Origin: Butyrivibrio sp.
GTDB lineage: Bacteria > Bacillota > Clostridia > Lachnospirales > Lachnospiraceae
Reading direction: 5' to 3'
Assembly: GCA_024697425.1 (NCBI GenBank)
Contig: JAILFT010000125.1
Location: 1-61,814 of the forward strand
DNA: 61,814 bases
Shown one piece after another: positions 47,667-56,894 of the stretch. A program made the position numbers and the translations under genes. Below the pieces are notes generated by a model. It was not told the origin of the DNA and did not search any database. It was given only the letters and a program-made list of their open reading frames with translations. The stretch's first letter is position 1; the number at the start of each line of letters is the position of its first letter.

Positions 47667-50600
47667 TCAGTGCTCTAATATGCGCTGGGCAATATTTTTT
47701 AGCAGGTGAGCGATGATTCCGTTATCTCTGTTAAGGGTCTGAGGTAGAGTGGGAACGCGATCGTAAAGCACCTGCAGATAGTCAAATCTGTGGCCTTTAA
47801 AATCAAGGATCTCTATGTCATATACTGCAGAAACACCGGTCCTGGCGGGTTTGATTCCGGTGATGACTCCCTGCATTTTTGCGGTTGTGTTACCGCTTTC
47901 CACCTCTACATCAACATAATCACCTATTGAGATATCCTGCATTTCATCGAGAAAGATCTTAAGGTTGTGCTCCGTAAGGTGAGTAGTAATTCCGTCAAAG
48001 CGAGAGCTCTTTTCCCCGGTAGTTATGATGGTTGCGGGTTCAGCATCTATAACATGCACGGTTTCCGAATCGCTGTCTCTTCCATCAACCAGGAACATGG
48101 ACATTATGAGGAAGTAGGAATTTCGTACTAGCCAGAAGAGCAGTATAAACAGACCAAGAGATCGAATGCCTTTAACTATAGATAATGTACGTACTATTCC
48201 GGCGATGGAAAGAGCGGTCAGGATCAGATAAGGCATAACAGTCTTAAGATCTGTGTGGCGTTTGATGGTTTTTTTGCTCTTGTCGGTAACTGCAAATTTT
48301 TTGGTGGTTATGCCAAAAAGCTCTTTAACCACGGGCACAAGAAGGAATGGCATAACACTGGTTTCGTAGATTCCGCTCCACTTAAGGGACACGGCGTTGT
48401 TACTGTGGGCTCTAAGGCAAAGGTCTTGCAGGATGAACATGGGAACCCAGAATATCAAAAGGTCTATCCAACTGCAGCGGAATACCGGAATCGTAAATAC
48501 TGCAAACACAAGCGGAGATAAAATGTAAATCAGGTTTTTCAGCGGGGAGTACCAGTAAACTACCGAACTCCAATAACTCATCTTCTGGATTGGAGAAAGG
48601 TTTTTGCGGCGGAAGATCTTAAGCTGACGGGCTGTGCTGATAACGCCGCGGCCCCAACGAATCCTCTGCTTGATGTGCTCTGCGAAGGTATCGGGAGTCT
48701 TGCCGCTGGCAAGGGGCTCAGGAAGTCCCAGGCTTACAAAACCATTGGATTCTATAAGAAGACCTGTTGCAAAGTCCTCGGTGATGGATTCTGTATAGAA
48801 TCCGCCTATCTTATCCAGGGCTTTCCTGGAGATTACAGTATTGGAACCGCCGTAGATTACGCTGTTTGAAGAGGTTTTGGACACTTCGATGGTACGGTAA
48901 AAGAAATCCTGCTCGTTGGGAGCATTTTTCTCGGAGTACAGCGCGTACTGAAAAACATCCGGCTCATAGAAACACTGAGGTGTCTGTATAAGTCCAAGCG
49001 GAGCCTGTTCCTCCCTGGGAAGGGCGGCATTTCTTTTCTCATTATCAACAAAATAGGGGATGGTCTTTAGCAGGAAGTCGCTTTTTACAAGCATATCCGC
49101 ATCCAAAGTAACCACATAAGGGGCATGTGTCAGTCCCAGTGCGTGGTTCAGGTTTCCGGCCTTGGCGCCTTTGTTGTCAGGCCTGTCGAAATATCCAACA
49201 TGCATTTTTTCGGCCAGTTCCCTCATGGCCGGACGACGATTGTCATCGCATACCCAGATGTGGACCTTGCTCTTATCCGGGTAGGACAGGTGGTTGCAGG
49301 CGTTTATGGTCTTCTCAAGAAGATCTGTGGGCTCGTTATAGGTTGCAATGAAAATATCAACTTCCGGGTATTCATCATCCGCAATCCCGGGAAGGGGATG
49401 ATCCTTCATTCCCAGAAGATGAAGATATAGGATTATGGACTCAATAAATCCGAAGATCTCCACAATGAGCAGGATTATGTTGGCTGAGGTGGCCAGTACA
49501 CCATATTCCCACGGTATGGAATATGCTACACGCCAGTACAAATACATAAGAGTAAAGAACATGCTAAGGAGCAGAATAATTATGCGAAGAACTGCCAAAA
49601 GCCGGTCTTTGGTGAGGGATGGCTGTGTGTTTTCGTATTTTGTCACGGTATCGTATGTCTTATATTTTTTGCCGGTGACTTTTTTAATAAAGAGGGCAAG
49701 CAACAGGCATACTGCCATTCCGGCAAGGATATAGAGAGCTTGCCTTGGCCAGTTTGCGGTGATTATGATATCTCGTTGGGTAAGGGACTGTTTCAGCCAT
49801 ACCGGGAGAAAGCTTTCTCTTTTGGGGGTGATAGGAATGGGAATATCGTGTGGATACTGGCCTTGTATAAGCGCTTTGATCCAGCTTCCGACAGGGGTAA
49901 TATCGTTATCTGTGATAGGCTGTGTCGGATTGTAGGAAGGGTACAGAAGTGCGGAGGATTCGTCCTTGTTGGAGAGGCTCCAGACTGCGTAACTGATGCC
50001 TTTCTCCTGTAACAGTCCGAACCACGTAGCTGCATTTTTGTAGCCTACACGTCCGTCACCGCTGGCTTCCGAGATACCGCATTCGGAGATAAATACAGGA
50101 AGGTTCCTGTCCAAGGCCTCAATGAGCTCTGATCTGAGATCACTGCCATGAGTTGCTGCATAGAAGTGAAGAACGTACATAAGATTATCAAAAGCAAGAG
50201 GATCCCTTGCTGCACTTGAAAGATCCTTGTCATAATTGGGGGTTCCCACAACAATGACGGAATTAGGGCTGTTTCTGCGGATGATGGGAATAACCTGTTC
50301 GGAATAGGTTTTAACGTCTTTCCAGGTTGTTTCCCTGTTGGGTTCATTACATATCTCATATATAATATACGGAGAATCTGCGTACTTTGCGCTGAATCTG
50401 CCAAAAAACTCAGTGGCTTCGCTTAAGTGCATATTGGGATCATAGTCATCCAGGATATGCCAGTCTACGAGCACGTACATGTCGTTGGCAATGGCATAGT
50501 CCACTCCCTTGATAAGCAGATTCCAGCTTTCCTTGGGATTCTCGCAATAGATATCGGAATACATCGGAAGACGGATCATGTTGCAGTTCCATTCTACAGA

Positions 50601-50864
50601 AAGCTGCTTGAACAGATCGTTGTTTACAAATTCGGGAAACCAGGTGAGACCGTGCAGACTCAAGCCTCGGAGAATGACGGGATTATCGTTTTGGTCCACC
50701 AATTGAAGACCGTCGACGGAGAGATTACCGTTAGCGGAAGGCCTTGCATGCGTGTATTCTGTTGTTTCTGCAGCAGAAACCCTTGCAATTGGAAGAAAAC
50801 ATGCCAGAATAAGAGATAAAAGAAGAATAATAGAAGGAATTCCACGTAATCTTTTCATTGCCAT
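47667..50864 (-). CDS. GH5 endoglucanase fused to a BcsA-like GT2 cellulose synthase with a degenerate PilZ-like C-terminus
   Basis: Signal peptide. GH5 motifs LRGLSLHG, VDWH, NEP, HFY, SECG and WSLS. GT2 motifs TYNEP, DD, KAGNLN, DAD, QTPQ, TED and QRIRW. Several TM segments. Confidence 0.9.
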   Translation of the reverse strand: MAMKRLRGIPSIILLLSLILACFLPIARVSAAETTEYTHARPSANGNLSVDGLQLVDQNDNPVILRGLSLHGLTWFPEFVNNDLFKQLSVEWNCNMIRLPMYSDIYCENPKESWNLLIKGVDYAIANDMYVLVDWHILDDYDPNMHLSEATEFFGRFSAKYADSPYIIYEICNEPNRETTWKDVKTYSEQVIPIIRRNSPNSVIVVGTPNYDKDLSSAARDPLAFDNLMYVLHFYAATHGSDLRSELIEALDRNLPVFISECGISEASGDGRVGYKNAATWFGLLQEKGISYAVWSLSNKDESSALLYPSYNPTQPITDNDITPVGSWIKALIQGQYPHDIPIPITPKRESFLPVWLKQSLTQRDIIITANWPRQALYILAGMAVCLLLALFIKKVTGKKYKTYDTVTKYENTQPSLTKDRLLAVLRIIILLLSMFFTLMYLYWRVAYSIPWEYGVLATSANIILLIVEIFGFIESIILYLHLLGMKDHPLPGIADDEYPEVDIFIATYNEPTDLLEKTINACNHLSYPDKSKVHIWVCDDNRRPAMRELAEKMHVGYFDRPDNKGAKAGNLNHALGLTHAPYVVTLDADMLVKSDFLLKTIPYFVDNEKRNAALPREEQAPLGLIQTPQCFYEPDVFQYALYSEKNAPNEQDFFYRTIEVSKTSSNSVIYGGSNTVISRKALDKIGGFYTESITEDFATGLLIESNGFVSLGLPEPLASGKTPDTFAEHIKQRIRWGRGVISTARQLKIFRRKNLSPIQKMSYWSSVVYWYSPLKNLIYILSPLVFAVFTIPVFRCSWIDLLIFWVPMFILQDLCLRAHSNNAVSLKWSGIYETSVMPFLLVPVVKELFGITTKKFAVTDKSKKTIKRHTDLKTVMPYLILTALSIAGIVRTLSIVKGIRSLGLFILLFWLVRNSYFLIMSMFLVDGRDSDSETVHVIDAEPATIITTGEKSSRFDGITTHLTEHNLKIFLDEMQDISIGDYVDVEVESGNTTAKMQGVITGIKPARTGVSAVYDIEILDFKGHRFDYLQVLYDRVPTLPQTLNRDNGIIAHLLKNIAQRILEH

Positions 50865-50996
50865 AACCCTCACGGAATAGTCTGCACATTTACGGTTTAT
50901 TGTTTAATTATATCACAAATAAGAACAAAAGTTTTGGGCGTTACCGTTACAAGGCCGCTTAATACAAGATATTTTTACAGAAAGAAGGAAATGATT

Positions 50997-51479
50997 ATGA
51001 AAGCATATTTTGCCGGCGGATGTTTTTGGTGTGTTACACCAATATACAAAATGTATGGAGTTGATAAGGTTATCTGCGGATATTCAGGCGGCGATGAGAA
51101 GAATCCCACTTATGAAGATGTAAAAGCGCAGAAAACAGGCCATAGAGAAACTATTATGCTGGAATATGATCCAAAGAAGGTTTCATATGATAAGCTGCTG
51201 GATATTTATTTTGCCAATGTAGATCCTTTTGATGGGGAGGGCCAGTTTATCGATAAGGGATTCTCCTACACTCTGGCAATCTACTACAATACGGAAGAAG
51301 AAAAACTTAAGTCTTACAGCAGGATCAAAAAACTTGAAGAGGAGTCCGGAAAAGAGGTACATATTGCCCTTGAACCCTTCAAAAGCTTTTATGAGGCTGA
51401 GGAGTATCACCAGGACTTCTATTTAAAGAACCCTGAAGCCTTCGAAAAGGAGCTTATTGAATCAGGACGTAAAAAATAG
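50997..51479 (+). CDS. msrA: Peptide methionine sulfoxide reductase A
   Basis: FAGGCFWC, GYSGG, TGHRE and AEEYHQDF. Confidence 0.95.
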   Translation: MKAYFAGGCFWCVTPIYKMYGVDKVICGYSGGDEKNPTYEDVKAQKTGHRETIMLEYDPKKVSYDKLLDIYFANVDPFDGEGQFIDKGFSYTLAIYYNTEEEKLKSYSRIKKLEEESGKEVHIALEPFKSFYEAEEYHQDFYLKNPEAFEKELIESGRKK

Positions 51480-51546
51480 CAATTGATATTTGTTAAAAAT
51501 GCCCATGATCTTGCCAAGGCCATCATAAAGATTGTTTGTTTTAACA

Positions 51547-51575
51547 TTGACTCCGGCTATTGCGATTTCTATAAT
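51547..51575 (+). promoter_or_regulatory. Sigma-A type promoter
   Basis: TTGACT-N17-TATAAT. Confidence 0.7.
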
Positions 51576-51653
51576 TCATTCTTGTGCAATTAAATTAAAA
51601 CCATTTCGATTTGCACATTTAGCAGCTTTCAAACCAGCAATAATTGGAGGTAT

Positions 51654-51752
51654 ATGACAATGAACAAGAAGTTTCTTGCAAGAGTTTACAGAGCAGTTAT
51701 CAACGGCATCATTCGTTTTGGAGCTACACACAGCGAGTATTGCTATCTTTAA
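51654..51752 (+). CDS. Small 32-aa peptide MTMNKKFLARVYRAVINGIIRFGATHSEYCYL (below the ORF-track cutoff)
   Basis: RBS GGAGG at 51646-51650 and a near-consensus promoter upstream; alternative start at ATG 51660. Confidence 0.55.
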   Translation: MTMNKKFLARVYRAVINGIIRFGATHSEYCYL

Positions 51753-51859
51753 TTTTTGATTTTTTCATATTTCTTTTGCCAGACAGCCCCGACCTTCGTA
51801 TAAATAATCAGAAAAGATGATACACAGGTGCGTTATTCCACGATTGGAGGTATGGGGCC

Positions 51860-52234
51860 ATGAAAGCTATCATAGTTAAAGCAATAGTATTAACAGTTCT
51901 TTCAGCTATAATAATCCTGGTTTCGTCGATTCCGTCGCATGCCGCATCAAGTGAACCGGTTGCAGCAGATCAGCACAGATCGATAATTCCCTACCTGCTT
52001 CAGCAGGAAATAAGTTCCGAGCAGGCAGTAAAGATAGCGTATAATCATGCCGGAGTAGATAAGCAGGACGTTCTTTTCCCGCAGGTTGAAGTTCATATCA
52101 GTGATGAATATAAAACCTACAGAGTTAAGTTCTACATTGGATTAACAGAATATACATATGATGTAGACGGAGCAACAGGTAAGATCAATTCCTTTGAGAC
52201 TATAGATTACGGCGAGATTTGTACAGCCAGATAA
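51860..52234 (+). CDS. Secreted PepSY-domain protein
   Basis: Signal peptide; ISSEQAVKIAYNHAGV...YRVKF...YDVDGATGKI. Confidence 0.82.
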   Translation: MKAIIVKAIVLTVLSAIIILVSSIPSHAASSEPVAADQHRSIIPYLLQQEISSEQAVKIAYNHAGVDKQDVLFPQVEVHISDEYKTYRVKFYIGLTEYTYDVDGATGKINSFETIDYGEICTAR

Positions 52235-52258
52235 AACCATACCAATAGTGAATTTATG

Positions 52259-52297
52259 GGGCTATTCCTCAGATATGAAGGAGTAGCCCTTATTTTT
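52259..52297 (+). terminator. Intrinsic terminator
   Basis: GGGCTATTCCT...AGGAGTAGCCC followed by TTATTTTT. Confidence 0.7.
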
Positions 52298-52439
52298 GGC
52301 ATTTGCAAAGGAGGCATATGCCTTTTTTTAGGAATATAGGGCATTATTTCGCCATGTTTTGGTTTGACCGCAGGCTCCGCCTGCTTTATATTCTATATAT
52401 ATTCGATGAGCGTATCGCGAATAGACAGGAGGACGTGTA

Positions 52440-53393
52440 ATGAAACTACAAAGAGAACACAATTTCAGCGCAGCGAAGATCGGGAAGACCACGCTTGCGA
52501 TTATCGTTGGAATCTTTATATTATCCACGGTAATGGGCTCGTTCTATAACGTAAGTGAGCAGGAGCAGGCGGTTGTCACCCAGTTTGGAAAGGTAGTGGC
52601 CACAAATACAGCCGGTCTCTACTTCAAAATCCCCTTTATTCAGAGGGTTCACATGGTTGACATGACCACCCACGGCATCGGAATCGGCTATGTGATTGAC
52701 AAGAACGGCCAGAACATCACGGTGGATGAAGAGGGCATCATGATCACATCGGACTTTAATTTTGTAGATATCGATTTCTATCTGGAATATAAAGTCAGCG
52801 ATCCTGTAGCCTACATCTACAACACCAACAATCCCGAGAGTGTCATGAAGAACATTGCACTCGCCAGCATTCGTTCTACCGTAATCAACTATCCTGTTGA
52901 TGAGGTAATCACTACAGCGAAGGGTCAGATCCAGTCGGAAGCCAAGGAGCGATTACAGTCAGCACTTCAGGCTGAGAACGTGGGACTTACCGTAGTTAAC
53001 CTTTCCGTACAGGATGCAGAGCCCCCGACAGACGAGATCAAGCAGGCTTTCAAAGCTGTTGAGACAGCTAAGCAGGGAAAAGAGACAGCGGTTAACAATG
53101 CACGTAAGTATCAGAGCGAGCAGGTTCCCGCAGCAGAGGCTGAAGCCGACAGGATTGTACAGAATGCGGAAGCTGAAAAGGCAGCAAGAATTGCCGAAGC
53201 TGAAGGTCAGGCCGCAAGGTTTAACAGTATCTTTGAGGAGTACAGCAAGTATCCTCTGATAACCAAGCAGCGTCTTTTCTATGAAGCAATGGAGAATGTG
53301 CTTCCTGACGCAAAGGTTATCATTACTGACGGAAAAACCCAGCAGATCCTGCCACTGGATTCATTCAACGGTGACAGCGTATCCGGCAATTGA
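52440..53393 (+). CDS. hflK: FtsH modulator HflK (SPFH)
   Basis: N-terminal TM, VVTQFGK, GLYFKIP, MITSDFNFVD and ARFNSIFEEY...TKQRLFYE. Confidence 0.9.
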   Translation: MKLQREHNFSAAKIGKTTLAIIVGIFILSTVMGSFYNVSEQEQAVVTQFGKVVATNTAGLYFKIPFIQRVHMVDMTTHGIGIGYVIDKNGQNITVDEEGIMITSDFNFVDIDFYLEYKVSDPVAYIYNTNNPESVMKNIALASIRSTVINYPVDEVITTAKGQIQSEAKERLQSALQAENVGLTVVNLSVQDAEPPTDEIKQAFKAVETAKQGKETAVNNARKYQSEQVPAAEAEADRIVQNAEAEKAARIAEAEGQAARFNSIFEEYSKYPLITKQRLFYEAMENVLPDAKVIITDGKTQQILPLDSFNGDSVSGN

Positions 53394-53416
53394 CGAATAA
53401 AGTTGAGGGAAAAGAT

Positions 53417-54292
53417 ATGAGAAAGAAAATCACAAAAACAATTATTGCCGTAATAGTGATCGCGGTAGTATTCGTACTGGCAGAATCGCTTTATACGGTT
53501 CATCAAAAAGAATATGTGGCTGTAAGACAGTTCGGTAAGATAGTAAGGATAGAATCAGAGCCCGGGCTTAATGCAATTACACCTTTTGTACAGAGCACAC
53601 AGCGTATCAGCGCAGCAACCAAGCTCTATGATATTCCGAAATCTGACGTTATCACCAAGGACAAAAAATCCATGATCACCGATACATATGTGCTTTGGAA
53701 GGTTGTTGATCCCACCAAGTATATTCAGACACTGAATGCACTTGATACCAGGGCTCAGGAGCGTATAGAAGCTGCTGTATATAATGCAACAAAGACCGCA
53801 ATCTCATCCATGTCCCAGGACGAAGTTATCGAGGCAAGAGGAGAGGCGCTGACTAATATCATCACCCAGGATGCAAACTCAGATATGGGCGGTTATGGAA
53901 TCGAGATCGTGAAGGCTGAGATCAAAGCCCTTGACCTTCCCGATGACAACAGAACAGCAGTATATGAGCGTATGATCTCCGAAAGAAACAATATCGCGGC
54001 ATCATATCAGGCAGAAGGTGAAGCTGAAGCTCAGAAGATCAGGAATGAAACAGATAAGAAGGTTTCAATTCTTAAGTCTGAAGCCGAAAAGACTGCAGCA
54101 AAGCTCAGTGGTGAAGGCGAAGCTGAGTATATGAAGACTCTTTCAGAAGCTTATAATACAGAAGAAAAAGCTGAGTTCTACAATTTTATGAGATCTCTGG
54201 ATGCCTTCAAGGAGTCCCTTGGTAAGGGCGAAAAGACCATCATTCTGGATCAGAATTCAGAGCTGGCGCGGATGTTCTATATGAATAACTAA
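53417..54292 (+). CDS. hflC: FtsH modulator HflC (SPFH)
   Basis: QFGK, EPGL, TKDKK, VYERMISER and EFYNFMRSL. Confidence 0.9.
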   Translation: MRKKITKTIIAVIVIAVVFVLAESLYTVHQKEYVAVRQFGKIVRIESEPGLNAITPFVQSTQRISAATKLYDIPKSDVITKDKKSMITDTYVLWKVVDPTKYIQTLNALDTRAQERIEAAVYNATKTAISSMSQDEVIEARGEALTNIITQDANSDMGGYGIEIVKAEIKALDLPDDNRTAVYERMISERNNIAASYQAEGEAEAQKIRNETDKKVSILKSEAEKTAAKLSGEGEAEYMKTLSEAYNTEEKAEFYNFMRSLDAFKESLGKGEKTIILDQNSELARMFYMNN

Positions 54293-54391
54293 GCGACTTA
54301 TCGCTGGTAATAAGTTTTACTTAATTGCCCTGCATGTAATCTGGTGCCATAATACACCTATCATAAATAAAGGCGATAGGAGGAGAGCATT

Positions 54392-55669
54392 ATGAGTTAC
54401 AGATTTGAGACACTTCAGTTACATGTAGGGCAGGAACAGCCGGATCCGGCTACAGATGCAAGAGCAGTACCGATTTATCAGACCACATCTTATGTTTTCA
54501 GGAACAGCCAGCATGCAGCAGACAGATTTGGCCTTGCTGATGCGGGAAACATATACGGAAGACTTACAAACTCTACACAGGATGTCCTGGAAAAGAGACT
54601 TGCAGCCCTTGAAGGGGGCAGTGCAGCTCTAGCCCTGGCTTCCGGTGCGGCAGCAATCACATATACAATTCAGGCTCTTGCCGCTAACGGCGGACACATT
54701 GTGGCGCAAAAGACTATCTACGGCGGCAGCTATAATCTGCTGGCTCATACTCTTCCTCAGTTTGGCATAAATACAACATTTGTTGATGCACATAATCTTC
54801 AGGAAGTAGAAGGAGCTATCAAGGACAACACAAGAGCAATCTATCTTGAGACTCTCGGAAACCCCAACAGTGATATCCCGGATATTGATGCAATCGCCGA
54901 GATTGCCCATAAGCATGGACTTCCGCTGGTAATTGACAACACCTTCGGAACACCCTATCTAATCAGACCTATCGAGCATGGCGCTGATATTGTTGTGCAT
55001 TCAGCTACAAAGTTCATTGGCGGTCATGGAACAACTCTTGGCGGAATAATTGTAGAAGCAGGTAAGTTCAACTGGAAAGAAAGCGGCAAGTATCCGAATA
55101 TAGCTGATCCCAATCCCAGCTATCATGGTGTTTCATTCTATGATGCAGTTGGTCCTGCAGCGTTTGTTACATACATCAGAGCAATTCTTTTAAGAGATAC
55201 GGGAGCCACAATATCTCCCTTCAACGCATTTCTGCTTCTTCAGGGCGTAGAGACATTATCCTTAAGGCTTGACAGACATGCCGAGAATACCGCAAAGGTA
55301 GTGGAATTTCTCAAGAACCATCCTAAGGTAGAAAAGGTCAATCATCCTTCTTTGGAGGATCACCCCAATCATGCTCTATACACAAAGTATTTCCCTAATG
55401 GCGGAGCATCCATCTTCACATTTGAGATCAAGGGCGGCAAGGATGCTGCATGGAAATTCATAGATAACCTGGAGATTTTCTCTCTGCTTGCCAACGTGGC
55501 CGATGTAAAGAGCCTTGTTATACACCCTGCATCCACAACGCATTCGCAGCTTAACGATGATGAACTGGCCGATCAGGGCATAACACAGAGTACAATCAGA
55601 CTTTCCATCGGAACAGAGCATATTGACGATATCATTGCAGACCTTGAGAAAGGTTTCGCAGCAGTGTAA
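54392..55669 (+). CDS. metY: O-acetylhomoserine aminocarboxypropyltransferase
   Basis: [23 protein letters not shown] (PLP Lys) and [19 protein letters not shown]. Confidence 0.93.
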   Translation: MSYRFETLQLHVGQEQPDPATDARAVPIYQTTSYVFRNSQHAADRFGLADAGNIYGRLTNSTQDVLEKRLAALEGGSAALALASGAAAITYTIQALAANGGHIVAQKTIYGGSYNLLAHTLPQFGINTTFVDAHNLQEVEGAIKDNTRAIYLETLGNPNSDIPDIDAIAEIAHKHGLPLVIDNTFGTPYLIRPIEHGADIVVHSATKFIGGHGTTLGGIIVEAGKFNWKESGKYPNIADPNPSYHGVSFYDAVGPAAFVTYIRAILLRDTGATISPFNAFLLLQGVETLSLRLDRHAENTAKVVEFLKNHPKVEKVNHPSLEDHPNHALYTKYFPNGGASIFTFEIKGGKDAAWKFIDNLEIFSLLANVADVKSLVIHPASTTHSQLNDDELADQGITQSTIRLSIGTEHIDDIIADLEKGFAAV

Positions 55670-55734
55670 ACTATTACTTAAGGGAGATAAGAAGATAGAA
55701 AGCTTTGCCGAATCCGGAAAAGGAGGTGTGAGGC

Positions 55735-56022
55735 ATGATGATAACTGAAATGCTGGATAAACTCCTTGAAATGGCTAAGGAAGACAAGGCTCTGAAGGAG
55801 AAGCTTATTGGGACAAAAGACTCAGCTAATCCTTTGGCGGATTTTTGTAAGATTGCAACGGATATGGGGCTTCCCATGTCAGTGATGGATATCGTCAATC
55901 AGGGCGAGGAGTTCTATGCCGAGATAAAGCGCAGCACCAACGGCGGCGGGGAAAACTCACCGGATCTGGATTTTCAGAACGATGAGTATTCTATCTTCAT
56001 GATGAGACTAAAAGACATTTAA
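55735..56022 (+). CDS. Small protein with a Nif11-like N-terminal helical region
   Basis: LDKLLEMAKEDKALKEKL...FCKIATDMG, then STNGGG; RBS AAGGAGGTG. Confidence 0.6.
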   Translation: MMITEMLDKLLEMAKEDKALKEKLIGTKDSANPLADFCKIATDMGLPMSVMDIVNQGEEFYAEIKRSTNGGGENSPDLDFQNDEYSIFMMRLKDI

Positions 56023-56044
56023 ATATGTGGTAATAAAAAGGGAG

Positions 56045-56089
56045 AGGGCGATGCTTTGACGTATGTATGATACGCAAAGACATCGCCCT
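56045..56089. terminator. Long imperfect hairpin between convergent small genes
   Basis: AGGGCGATGCTTTGACGTAT / ATACGCAAAGACATCGCCCT. Confidence 0.65.
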
Positions 56090-56127
56090 TGTCATGGAGG
56101 CATGCGAAATGGCACGCAATAGTTCTT

Positions 56128-56307
56128 TTAAATGAAATAAACAATGAAGACCATTATTCCGGTGATAACTGTTAATCCAAGAGTTGCTGCATCAAGGCAT
56201 TTTTGCTTCAGGTCATCGGGATCAAGGTACCTTTTGCCAAATCTTATGGCATCAATGGTTTTTGGAACAGGCTTCCCACAAAGGTTTTTCATACCGGATC
56301 TACCCAT
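56128..56307 (-). CDS. Small 59-aa tail-anchored membrane protein (below the ORF-track cutoff)
   Basis: MGRSGMKNLCGKPVPKTIDAIRFGKRYLDPDDLKQKCLDAATLGLTVITGIMVFIVYFI; RBS-like GCGGGGA; C-terminal TM helix. Confidence 0.55.
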   Translation of the reverse strand: MGRSGMKNLCGKPVPKTIDAIRFGKRYLDPDDLKQKCLDAATLGLTVITGIMVFIVYFI

Positions 56308-56526
56308 CTTAGTGTTCCCCGCTTGCTTTTCTCAAAAACAATTAACACAATATGTTGTACTTCATGATTCAAATATACACTATATATTCTAAAATGTGTA
56401 TTAAACCTTCGGGAAATTTTTCTGCTGAAAATTTTAGAACTGAATTTTTTTGCCATAAGAGGGGAGCTCTCGTATAAATATATGTAGCTAAAAGAACATA
56501 CTTTTTTTACAATATATATATGAGAG

Positions 56527-56769
56527 GTGAATGATATGAAAGATAACAGATTAAACGATGATCAGTTAAATAATGTTGCCGGTGGAAAGGGGCTCAATAT
56601 CCCGCCTCAGCACTTCAATGTTGGAGATAAGGTTCTTCTTAGGATTTATCCTGAATATGGAGTAGGAATAGTCAGGGAAGCCAGAGTCGAAGCGGGTGAC
56701 TGGAAGTACACAGTTCAGTTTGATGCCGGCATGATGACAGCTGATGAATTTGAATTCATTCCCGCATGA
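56527..56769 (+). CDS. Small protein with a double-glycine-type leader and an SH3/KOW-like core
   Basis: LNDDQLNNVAGG leader, then FNVGDKV..GVGIV..YTVQF. Promoter TTGCCA-N17-TATAAA (56450-56478) and its own terminator. Confidence 0.7.
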   Translation: MNDMKDNRLNDDQLNNVAGGKGLNIPPQHFNVGDKVLLRIYPEYGVGIVREARVEAGDWKYTVQFDAGMMTADEFEFIPA

Positions 56770-56796
56770 CAGCTGAATTATATTTTTGATTGCAGG

Positions 56797-56832
56797 AGCT
56801 CCGTTACAGTATTGTAGCGGAGCTTTTATTTG
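56797..56832 (+). terminator. Intrinsic terminator
   Basis: AGCTCCGTTACA-GTAT-TGTAGCGGAGCT followed by a T-rich tail. Confidence 0.8.
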
Positions 56833-56894
56833 GGGGTACATGGTATAATTGCAATAAAAGAGGCAGCATATTTACAGGGGGAATTTAATAACGC

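Noticed and set aside
56144-56392. 82-aa plus-strand ORF
   Set aside because: No convincing RBS. The minus-strand 59-aa ORF has better signals and a coherent TM helix.
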